Positions 1-8,237 of a stretch of DNA of 64,000 bases are shown piece by piece. Source of the stretch: Candidatus Aldehydirespirator sp. (GTDB lineage Bacteria; Actinomycetota; Acidimicrobiia; Acidimicrobiales; Aldehydirespiratoraceae); contig CBDCSK010000016.1 of assembly GCA_965221605.1 (NCBI GenBank), forward strand, positions 444,132 through 508,131. The letters are read 5' to 3'. Below the pieces are notes generated by a model. That model did no database searches, was not told the origin of the DNA, and worked only from the letters and a program-made list of their open reading frames with translations. Every line of letters begins with the position of its first letter. Within the stretch, counting starts at the first letter, position 1. The position numbers and the translations under genes were made by a program.

Positions 1-1456
1 CGTCGTCCTCGCCATCATGGCCCGGCGTCGGGGCCGCCGGTCCGGGCGCACTCTGGGAGGCGCCATCGCTCGCCGGCGATTCGTCGCTCGCAGGCGCGGC
101 AGGCTCGCCGTCGGGGTGATGTCTCGACGCGAGCTTGTCGGGTCCGAGGCGGTAGGCACTGTCCGGGGACGCTGCGCTAGACATGAAGCGATCCTCGGCG
201 AGGCCCGTGGAGGACGCCGGGGCGACGATGTCTTGGGCCGTGTCGTCGTGCGGAACGCGTGGCGGCGCGAGGGCCGAGGGGTCGAGCCAGACAAGCCGCT
301 CGCTGTCGGGGCTGCGGTCGCTGAGGACGGGCGACACGCCGGCGGGCAAGTCCGAACCGTCGATGAGTCCCAGCAGAGCGGAGCGCATCGTCTGCCAGAC
401 CTCCGGCGACGATCCCAGGGCACCTGAGGAGAGCACGCCGACGGGGAACCTGCTCATCTTGATGTGCTCGATCAGCGCGTCCAGATTCTCCAAGTCTGCG
501 ACACCCTCCAGATCAAGACGCGACATCCCGTCGTGGGGCGACTCGGTGACGCCACCGGTCCTCTGGGCCAGACGCCCCAGCGCGAACTCGGCCTCGGTCA
601 CCGGCGAAGGAGACCTGACCGTGCCTAGCAAGCTGCGCCACAGGCCTCGCGGGTCATCGTCGTCCACGCCGGATCGAACCGGCTCGCACTCGAGACGGCA
701 CAGCTTGACGACCTCATCGGCGACATCGGACGGCGGAACCGATCCGGCCAGCGCCGCTCTCGATCCTGCGCTGCGAGGCGCAGGCCACGGGGGTGACTCG
801 GGAGCGCCGAGCGAGGCGATGTCGGGCGCGTGCAGCACCCGGACCTGCGCGTGGGCGATCCGGGGGTGCTTCATCTGGCCCGAGTAGTGATCCGCCAGAT
901 CGAGAGCCTCCGCGGCGCCGCGCCAGCCTGCGGCGACACAGAGAGCCAGCGCCGCGCCGAGCACCAGCGGCGCCTGGCCGGACGCGTCGGTCATCGCGGC
1001 GCGACTGCTCGACGTGACGCGTCGGTCGTGCAGCAGGTGGGCGTCCCAGTCGCCGACGAAGTCCCAGTGGCGGTACTCGCAGGGATGTCCGGGCACGGTC
1101 ACGGTGAAGGATCGCACATCGACGTTCGCTCCGACTTGGCTCAGCACAGTCTCACAGGCCGCGTCCTCAGCCCGCCTCGCCTGTTCCGAGGTGCTCACCG
1201 AGCCCCGCAGTGCCACGAGCCAGAGTTCGGTGAGGCCGAGGTCGGCGACGGAGCCGAGGTGCCCGGACACCCAGTTCCGGCCGCGGGCAGCTTCGCACGG
1301 CGCGTTGTTGAGCGATGACCGCAGGTCGTCGGCGTGCGCCCAGGCGACCGGTCCCAGCATCCCGGCCCGGGCCCAAGCCTTGAGGCTGGACGTGAGAGTA
1401 ACGGTGTCGGCCTCATCGGCCGCCGACGTCAACAGAACCAGCCTGTCGGCATCCAT
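1..1456 (-). CDS. hypothetical protein, start inside window, 3' end cut by window edge (>485 aa); distal gene of the tubulin-like/vWA operon
   Basis: Manual minus-strand translation from ATG at 1456 (MDADRLVLLTSAADEADTV...) stays open to position 1 with high GC3. It is not in the ORF track because no stop codon lies inside the window. It begins 40 nt downstream of the stop of the 1080-aa gene. Confidence 0.6.
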   Translation of the reverse strand, partial: MDADRLVLLTSAADEADTVTLTSSLKAWARAGMLGPVAWAHADDLRSSLNNAPCEAARGRNWVSGHLGSVADLGLTELWLVALRGSVSTSEQARRAEDAACETVLSQVGANVDVRSFTVTVPGHPCEYRHWDFVGDWDAHLLHDRRVTSSSRAAMTDASGQAPLVLGAALALCVAAGWRGAAEALDLADHYSGQMKHPRIAHAQVRVLHAPDIASLGAPESPPWPAPRSAGSRAALAGSVPPSDVADEVVKLCRLECEPVRSGVDDDDPRGLWRSLLGTVRSPSPVTEAEFALGRLAQRTGGVTESPHDGMSRLDLEGVADLENLDALIEHIKMSRFPVGVLSSGALGSSPEVWQTMRSALLGLIDGSDLPAGVSPVLSDRSPDSERLVWLDPSALAPPRVPHDDTAQDIVAPASSTGLAEDRFMSSAASPDSAYRLGPDKLASRHHPDGEPAAPASDESPASDGASQSAPGPAAPTPGHDGEDD

Positions 1457-1496
1457 CTCATATCACCGGTCCCGGATTATCCACGGCCGGGCACCC

Positions 1497-4400
1497 TCAG
1501 ATGACCGAGCCGGTCTGTGGCTTCCCGGCGATCAGATCCCTGAGGTCCTGATAGCAGGGGATGAAGATCGGAGCGAGTTCGGTGGTCATCGCGCCGGGCT
1601 CGGTCCAGCCGTCGATGGGGCGCACCATGTGACGGTCCATCGTCTCGTGGTTCCTGAAGCGGTCGAGGTTGGCGTCGAGGTAGCCGATGGCCGCCCTGCG
1701 GCGCCGATCCTCGCTGTCGCCAGAGGCCTTCGGACCCTCGGTGGCGACGACGGGGTGCGGCGGCTCGCCGGTCTTCAGGAGTTGCGAGAGGTCCGTCGGT
1801 ATGCGGCCGTGCCGGGTCGGCAGCCCCAGGTCGTAGAGCCGGCGGTAGGCCTCGTAGACCCCCATGCCCTCACCGCCCACCGTGCCGAACGTCAGGCAGA
1901 AGCTCTCCAGCAACGCCGCGAGCAGGTCGTCACGGTCCCGCAGGCTCGTCAACAGAGGCCACGGGAACGTCGTCTCGCCGCCGGGGGACGCTGTGATGCG
2001 GATTGCGGTGGTCGGATCGGCGGTGATGTAGCCGCACAGACGAGCCACCGCGAAGCCCGAGACCATCGCCTCGAGGGCTTCTCGGGGCAACGGCACGAAA
2101 GCCTCGAGGGTCCGGCCCCTGCGCCACATCCAGAACGTCGCGGAACGCTGTGCAGGCGTGCCACACTTCTGCAACGCCTCGGCGACCGGACCGGCGAAGG
2201 ACCGCACGGCCATCGGGTACATCGGACGGCTGATGTAGGAGGAGACCAGGACTGACGAGCTGTCCTGCACACTGGCGGCATACCAGGCGTCGCCGACGAC
2301 GCTGCGGGCAGCGTCTTGGGCCGGATGGCCGTCCCCGAACGGGAACTGCGAGCAGACCGTGAGGAACTCCAGTGGATCGCTGTTGGTGTGTCCGTAGAGA
2401 GCCTCGTCTATCCGGACGAGCGGATCGGCCGCCTGCTTGGCGTTGCCGAGCTGCTGGCGGAAGTTCATCATGCGGCTCGGGTGGTCGTCGCGCTTGCGGC
2501 CCGTCTCATCCACCTCCTCTAAGTAGGACCGCAACCCCTCGCTCACGCTCCGGTTGAACCGCTCGCCGGGCCGGCGGGTCCACTCGTGCACACGCCGCTC
2601 GATGTCGTTCTCGCTCGCATCGCACACCACGTCAGCGTGCTGGCCGGGCTGCCAGCGGTGGTGCTCGCCGGGCCGTATCAGGGGCTTCATCTCGCTGTCG
2701 CCCGCGATCAGCCGGTAGCGGAGCGCGTCGGTGGGGAGATTCCCGAAGGGAATGTCGTCGATGCGTGCCTCGGCGCACAGGTCGCCGAGCAGGCCGGGCC
2801 ACTTGTCGTGGCGTTCCAGGGGGAACTCGACGGTGGAGGGCAGGTAGCGAGCCGACCGGTCGGTGACGCCCGACGGCCAGGCCTTCACGCTGTCCTCGTC
2901 GAGAGCGTTGCCGACCTCCTGCTGCGCGGCCCTCACCGCGCGCCGGAGCGCTCCGAAGACCTGCTCGCCCGCGGCCTCCATGGCCTGGGCCGCATGTTCG
3001 AGCCGCTCGGCGCGCCACCGCTGCGCAACTCCGCGGGCGATGCATTCGGCGGCGGTGCGCACCTCGGCGGAGTCACCGCTCAACTCCTCAGGACTCCGGA
3101 GCGCGTCAAGGCCCTTCTTCACTTCTGTTCGGTACGCACGCTCAGCCTTCTTGGCTTCAGAGCGGATCCGGTTGACATCGGCTGGGTTGAGCTTCTCGGC
3201 CACATACGAGAGGGCAGCGGCGGCCACGCTCAGCGACGACAGTGCCGCGACCGCCGATGTCGCCCTGCAGCTCGCCTCGACCAGTTGGCGGCACCATCGG
3301 CTGTCGGGCGGAGCGTCGGCCTTCTCGGCCCACTCGTCGGCCAGACGGCCACCGATGGACTTGATCCGCTGCTCCCATTGCTCGCCCGGCCCCTGCTGGT
3401 TCGCTGGGAACTGGAGCGCCACGATGACCTGGTCCCGCACACTTCGCACCGCCTCGTCCGAGGCGAAGCTCTCGTGCGCGGAGGGGTAGCCCCGGGCGGA
3501 ATCGCCGCCGGCGGTGGTGGCACCACGGTGGATTCTGTCGGCATAGTGCCGGCCCAGAGTCTCGATCTGCTCCTGCTCGGTGTCGCCGGTGGTCCGGCTC
3601 GCGAGCTGACTCAGCCGCAGATGTCCCTCGGACAGGCTCTCGAGGACTTGACGGGCGAGCAGTTGCTCGGCCCACAACGAGAACCGGTCCCGGCCGACGG
3701 TGATCTTGGCCGCGCCGAACGAGGACACCGCTCCGAAGAGGTGCTCTTGTGCGAAGGGGTAGCCGCCGTCGTTGTCCTTGGCGGAATCGCGCCAGTTGAC
3801 GTTGATGAAGTTGTGGATGCGCTCCTGCACGACATCATCGACCACCCAGGTGGACAGCGCCTCGCCGGTGGCGCGATAGACCTCCGCGGTATCGCCGAGG
3901 TCGGTGCCGCTGTAGCTGTGGCGTCCGACCAGGAAGATCGAGTGGGGACCCACGCCCGGCTCGTTGACGTTCTTGGTGCCAAGCGGTGACTCGATCTCCC
4001 CCGGTCGGGACCAGTAGGCGGCGAGCAGCTCGCTCATCAGTCCGAGCGAGTTGGCCGCCATCGAGCCGGAGTCGGGCAGATCGAAGATGTCGTTGGTGAA
4101 CAGCACCAGCGCGGGATGGCTGCCGCGGGGGTCGCAGGCCCGGACCAGATCTATGACATCGAGCGCGACGCCGGCACCGGTCCCACCGGCCATCGACGAG
4201 ATGACCACCACCAGCGGCTCGGGGGTCGCGCCGCCGAGCTCGGACTCGAAGCCGAGACGAGATCCGACTTCGTGCAGCTGCGGCCCCCCGGCCGCGGTGC
4301 GTGCGAAGGCTTCCTTGAGGCGATCCAGCACTGCGCCCTCCAGTGACAGCAGACCTGCGGCCCGGCCGATCCCGCGGTTGCGGCCCGCGCCGTCCTTGAG

Positions 4401-4739
4401 CGGCACTTTGACCGATCGGGGGTCCGGGAGCCAGCCGCACAGCGGCCGGGCATTCTGGACAGGTCCGTCCGCGCTGTATTTGATGGTCAGCGCCTCGTAG
4501 AGGTCCCTGTAGCGCGGGACCATCGTCGATATCGACAGAAAGTCCGCTGCCGGGATCTCGGGAATCTCCGTGGGATCCTCCTGGACGGTCAGCGTGTCGA
4601 GACCGATGAACTGCCAGGCGTCGGGCATGCCGTCCACCCAGCCGCTGTGGCTGAGGTGCCGCCGCACGGCGTCGCGCACGTAGCGCACGGCCTTGGTGCC
4701 TGAGCCGCCGCAGCCGATGAAGATGGCCGGTCTGAGCAT
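1497..4739 (-). CDS. giant FtsZ/tubulin-superfamily GTPase-like protein (N-terminal GTPase head plus ~850-aa unique extension)
   Basis: 1080-aa ORF. Motifs: FIGCGGSGTK (aa 7-16, glycine-rich G-box), DGAGRNRGIGRAAG (aa 116-129, resembles the FtsZ T3 loop GLGAGANPEVGR), SSMAGGTGAGVALDVIDLV (aa 181-199, tubulin signature GGGTGSG-like, coded at 4170..4187). GGAG lies 7 nt upstream of the ATG. Confidence 0.85.
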   Translation of the reverse strand: MLRPAIFIGCGGSGTKAVRYVRDAVRRHLSHSGWVDGMPDAWQFIGLDTLTVQEDPTEIPEIPAADFLSISTMVPRYRDLYEALTIKYSADGPVQNARPLCGWLPDPRSVKVPLKDGAGRNRGIGRAAGLLSLEGAVLDRLKEAFARTAAGGPQLHEVGSRLGFESELGGATPEPLVVVISSMAGGTGAGVALDVIDLVRACDPRGSHPALVLFTNDIFDLPDSGSMAANSLGLMSELLAAYWSRPGEIESPLGTKNVNEPGVGPHSIFLVGRHSYSGTDLGDTAEVYRATGEALSTWVVDDVVQERIHNFINVNWRDSAKDNDGGYPFAQEHLFGAVSSFGAAKITVGRDRFSLWAEQLLARQVLESLSEGHLRLSQLASRTTGDTEQEQIETLGRHYADRIHRGATTAGGDSARGYPSAHESFASDEAVRSVRDQVIVALQFPANQQGPGEQWEQRIKSIGGRLADEWAEKADAPPDSRWCRQLVEASCRATSAVAALSSLSVAAAALSYVAEKLNPADVNRIRSEAKKAERAYRTEVKKGLDALRSPEELSGDSAEVRTAAECIARGVAQRWRAERLEHAAQAMEAAGEQVFGALRRAVRAAQQEVGNALDEDSVKAWPSGVTDRSARYLPSTVEFPLERHDKWPGLLGDLCAEARIDDIPFGNLPTDALRYRLIAGDSEMKPLIRPGEHHRWQPGQHADVVCDASENDIERRVHEWTRRPGERFNRSVSEGLRSYLEEVDETGRKRDDHPSRMMNFRQQLGNAKQAADPLVRIDEALYGHTNSDPLEFLTVCSQFPFGDGHPAQDAARSVVGDAWYAASVQDSSSVLVSSYISRPMYPMAVRSFAGPVAEALQKCGTPAQRSATFWMWRRGRTLEAFVPLPREALEAMVSGFAVARLCGYITADPTTAIRITASPGGETTFPWPLLTSLRDRDDLLAALLESFCLTFGTVGGEGMGVYEAYRRLYDLGLPTRHGRIPTDLSQLLKTGEPPHPVVATEGPKASGDSEDRRRRAAIGYLDANLDRFRNHETMDRHMVRPIDGWTEPGAMTTELAPIFIPCYQDLRDLIAGKPQTGSVI

Positions 4740-4748
4740 CTGCTACTC

Positions 4749-6989
4749 CTAACTGTCTCGACTGTCTCGGCCGAACGGGTCAGCGTCGTCGCGGTCCTGC
4801 TCGACGTCGTCTGGTCGGTGGTCTGCGTCGTCGAAGAAGGGGTCTTGCAGCGCGGGATCAGGCTCCGCCTGATCCGACGCCGCTGGATCCGTCCCGGTGG
4901 CGTCCGCCGCACCCGCGGTGTCGCTGCTCTCCGGTACCGAGACACCAGTTTGGGCCGAGGCACGGTGCTGCTCCCACGCCGGCGTTGCCTCACCGACCGC
5001 GTCTGCGATCCGGTCGCGCCTGGTGTCGTCGTCGTCGAAGGGCAGGTCCCACACAATGACACGTGGATCGTGATCGGTATCGTGAACTACCCAGCCCCTC
5101 TCAAGATCCGGCCCGATCACCGCTTCGACGCGGCCGCGCCTGGGACGCTTGTGTCCGGCCGGGCCGATGCAGTCCCCGGACGCTTCCGACGACGCTCGCA
5201 ACTGCGGTGCGCCGCCCCGCAGCAGCGGCAGCCACGCCGACCGTAGCCGCACGCCCCTGATGGTGGCCGACGGCTTGCGCTGCTGTAGCTCCATGCAGCT
5301 GTGGGACGGATCGGGCGCCGGCAGTGGTACGCCCTCGACGTCGCCGCCGTCGACGACAGGCAGCACCGCATAGTCCGATGAACTCAACGGCTGCCACGGC
5401 CGCAGTCGCCAGGCGATCCAGAACCTCGCCACGGCGGCGGCCGCGAGCAGCGCGGCCAGCATGGGCAAGAACTTGAGCAGCGGGTTCTCCGGTGGCGGCG
5501 GCACGGGTATGGTCTTCTTCTCGCACAGGTGCTCACGCTCAAGAGCGCCGATGAGCCGCCGGAGTTTCTCGAAGTCCGGGGTGCCAGCCGGAACGCCCGA
5601 GCGCGCCAGCAATTCGTCCACGGCCTCGGGCTCATCGACGGCGCACAGCATGAGAACCAGCGACAACTCGACATCGCGGTCGGGTGGAACGTGCACCGTG
5701 ATGGGGTCGGTGCAGACCTCCGTTCCCCCTCCGGTCACCGAGCCTGGGATCGTGCAGGCCCATTGGCCGACCTCGGCACTCGTTGCGTCGCGAGAGGTGC
5801 CGTCCTTCTCGTCGCGGAACCTCACAGATTGCAGGTCCATACGCGCCGGCAGCTTGCCCGGCGAGACTGACACCAGAATGCTCTTGACGTCGACGGTGTC
5901 GACCGGGGGGCTGATCTCCTCCATCGCGAGGTTCGACGGCAACCAGCGGGCGTCCGGATCGATGATCGGGTCGAGTTCGGTCGCGAGCAGCACGGACCTG
6001 CGCTCCCGACCCAGCGCCTCGGCGAGGGCCTCGCTTCTCGCTCCATAGCCTGCGGAGTCCGCTTCATATCCGAGGCGCTCCAGCAGCCCCACAGCGGAGC
6101 CAGAGGACTCGGTGATGGTCAGTGGGATGCCCAACTTCATCGTCGGCCTGAACGGTTGGTTGGCGCTGACTTCGATGGAGATGGGCTCGGGACAGGTGAA
6201 CCTGCTCGCACCGCCGGCCGCCGCCGGAACTTCACAGGTCCATTCTGCATTAGCGACAGCGACGTCGACGGCCGCTGCAGAGTCCGTATAGGAGTCCTGC
6301 TCGACGAGTTCAACACCCGCGGCGGCGAGGCTCAGCGTTGCCGGGATCTCACCGGCAACGGCGCTCACCGCGAATCCCGCTCCGCTCCAATCATGCTGCG
6401 GATCGCCGAGGGTCACGTCAGTGGGCAGCCAGCGGATGCCGGAATCGAGGGGCAGACAGAACAGGGGGTCCGCAGACCTGCCGTCGGTCACATCCAGCAG
6501 ATACGAGGCTTCGCGTTCGGTGAGGTCGAGCCGCCCGACGTCACGGGCCCACACCAGCGGCTCGGGCGCTCCGGCATACGTGAATGTCTGGCTCAACACC
6601 GCAACGAGAGCGATACCGCCGCGCTGCGTCAGCGCGTCGCGCAGGTTCGTGCCGTTGCCTCCTCGGTCGGGGCTGTCCCAGTGGACGAGTTCACCGAAGA
6701 TGTCCGGCAGTGAGAAGCGGCGCGTGTCCTGCGCCACAACGAGCGGCTCCCCGGTGAGCGATTGTCGGGTCGGGTAGACCGGTTCTCCGTCACCAGCGTC
6801 CACACGGAGCCGAAACTCGATGTCGGAGTAGTTCTGAGTCGGGTAGTTCGCCACGAAGCCGCTCACGCTGCACTGGTTGTCGATCCCGAAGCTGTCGATG
6901 AACGGCGAGTCCTCGCGCTGTACCCGCACGGCCGCTGCCGCCCGCCGGGCGTCTTCCTGCGCGGCGGGAGTGTCCCCGAAGAACAGCAC
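4749..6989 (-). CDS. single-pass membrane protein with duplicated ~145-aa Cys-pair module and acidic C-terminal tail
   Basis: 746-aa ORF with GTG start. One hydrophobic helix LKFLPMLAALLAAAAVARFWIAW (5406..5477). Two internal repeats each carry W-x-C-x13-C-x-[DE]-P-I. The tail carries DPFF and DPFG motifs. Same frame as the upstream vWA ORF. Confidence 0.8.
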   Translation of the reverse strand: MLFFGDTPAAQEDARRAAAAVRVQREDSPFIDSFGIDNQCSVSGFVANYPTQNYSDIEFRLRVDAGDGEPVYPTRQSLTGEPLVVAQDTRRFSLPDIFGELVHWDSPDRGGNGTNLRDALTQRGGIALVAVLSQTFTYAGAPEPLVWARDVGRLDLTEREASYLLDVTDGRSADPLFCLPLDSGIRWLPTDVTLGDPQHDWSGAGFAVSAVAGEIPATLSLAAAGVELVEQDSYTDSAAAVDVAVANAEWTCEVPAAAGGASRFTCPEPISIEVSANQPFRPTMKLGIPLTITESSGSAVGLLERLGYEADSAGYGARSEALAEALGRERRSVLLATELDPIIDPDARWLPSNLAMEEISPPVDTVDVKSILVSVSPGKLPARMDLQSVRFRDEKDGTSRDATSAEVGQWACTIPGSVTGGGTEVCTDPITVHVPPDRDVELSLVLMLCAVDEPEAVDELLARSGVPAGTPDFEKLRRLIGALEREHLCEKKTIPVPPPPENPLLKFLPMLAALLAAAAVARFWIAWRLRPWQPLSSSDYAVLPVVDGGDVEGVPLPAPDPSHSCMELQQRKPSATIRGVRLRSAWLPLLRGGAPQLRASSEASGDCIGPAGHKRPRRGRVEAVIGPDLERGWVVHDTDHDPRVIVWDLPFDDDDTRRDRIADAVGEATPAWEQHRASAQTGVSVPESSDTAGAADATGTDPAASDQAEPDPALQDPFFDDADHRPDDVEQDRDDADPFGRDSRDS

Positions 6990-7037
6990 AGACCACTCGC
7001 CCTCCCATTGCCACTGCCACTGGTTGGAGTTGGTCAG

Positions 7038-8237
7038 CTACTCGGCAGCCTGATGGCCGACAATCTGCAGGTCGCTCGGGTAGTTCGACCGTGTGAAGAA
7101 GCCGAACGGATTGACAGGCAGGTATCGGCCAGTCTGTTCGCGAGGCCTGATGTCACCGCGCACGCCGATTGAGGGACTGGTGGTCCCGTCAGGGGCTCGT
7201 ACGACCGCAAGCACGTCATCGGGATTCTCAATCTCACGCCCGATGAAAGTGAGGTCTACGAAGGCGCGGAAGCTCTCGATTCCCGGGTCAAGGTCGAAGA
7301 ACACGATGCATGGGTCGCTCGGACTGCCGTCGCCGCCCGAGCACCGTCCTTCGTCAAGCTGGGTTTGGGACGGCCTCACAGGGTCGGGCATCGGCTCCTC
7401 AGGCGGCTGCGGAGTCCGTCCAATCACCGTCTCGATGAGCTCGCGGAGCACGGTGTTCAGTCTGTCGGCGTCAAAGCTGTCGTAGATCTCGCCCCGAAGT
7501 GGATTGATACATCTGAGCGATGCATCGGCCGGGCTCGCCTGGCCATAGAGGTAGCGCAGCCTGCTGGCCTCCGACTCGCCCTCCCTGAGCTGGACCGCTC
7601 CCACCCAGACATGATCACGCAGTGACTGCATTTCGGGGCTGCTGCACAGCTCGAACAGTTGGCGTTGCTCGCCCGCCTCGTCCTCTGCGGTGGCGTGCTC
7701 GCCGTCAGTGAACCAGATCAGCAGATTGCAGTCGTCAGCACGCGTCGCGAACCGTTCGCGCCAAGCGTCGGTGAGTGCGGCGCCGTAGTCTGTGTACAAG
7801 CCCGAGTCGGTGGCGATTGTGTCGACGGAGTCGCCCAACCGCGAGTAGACCTCGCTCGCGGCATACCATCCCGCCTGGCGGGAGTAGCTTGCATCGAAGG
7901 TGTCGAGCGCGACCTCAATGTTGGCGTCCTCGGGGTAGCTGAGGCTGAGCCCTTCGATGACTTGCAAGGCGTCGCTGGTGCCAGCAGATCGCAAATTGCC
8001 TGGGTCGGTAGTCCTCAGGCTGCCCGAAGTGTCGAGCAGGATGAGCAGGTTGATTCTCAGGGCACGATCGCCAGCAGTCACGGTGCACACGTCTTGCACA
8101 TCCACGCCAGTCTCCGCGCTCGCATGCGGCGCAGCCAATGCTGCGATCGGCATCGCGGCGCTGGCCGCGACAGCCAGGAGCGCGCCGACACGCCGAACTG
8201 GTATCACGGCGTCGCGAGACCTTTCGCAGCCAGCCAT
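7038..8237 (-). CDS. secreted von Willebrand factor A (vWA) domain protein with MIDAS motif
   Basis: Signal peptide VIPVRRVGALLAVAASAAMPIAALAAPHASA-ETG. MIDAS DTSGS at 8019..8033. LLIWFTDGEH with TDG at 7701..7709. Start is ATG 8237, or GTG 8207 in a GTGA overlap with the upstream stop. The track start at 8456 is probably too long. Confidence 0.85.
   Translation of the reverse strand: MAGCERSRDAVIPVRRVGALLAVAASAAMPIAALAAPHASAETGVDVQDVCTVTAGDRALRINLLILLDTSGSLRTTDPGNLRSAGTSDALQVIEGLSLSYPEDANIEVALDTFDASYSRQAGWYAASEVYSRLGDSVDTIATDSGLYTDYGAALTDAWRERFATRADDCNLLIWFTDGEHATAEDEAGEQRQLFELCSSPEMQSLRDHVWVGAVQLREGESEASRLRYLYGQASPADASLRCINPLRGEIYDSFDADRLNTVLRELIETVIGRTPQPPEEPMPDPVRPSQTQLDEGRCSGGDGSPSDPCIVFFDLDPGIESFRAFVDLTFIGREIENPDDVLAVVRAPDGTTSPSIGVRGDIRPREQTGRYLPVNPFGFFTRSNYPSDLQIVGHQAAE

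Noticed and set aside
1014-2255. 413-aa plus-strand ORF and the other plus-strand ORFs in 17..2255
   Set aside because: They are antisense to the tubulin-like gene and to the unlisted minus-strand ORF. They have Ser/Arg/Pro-rich shadow-frame composition.
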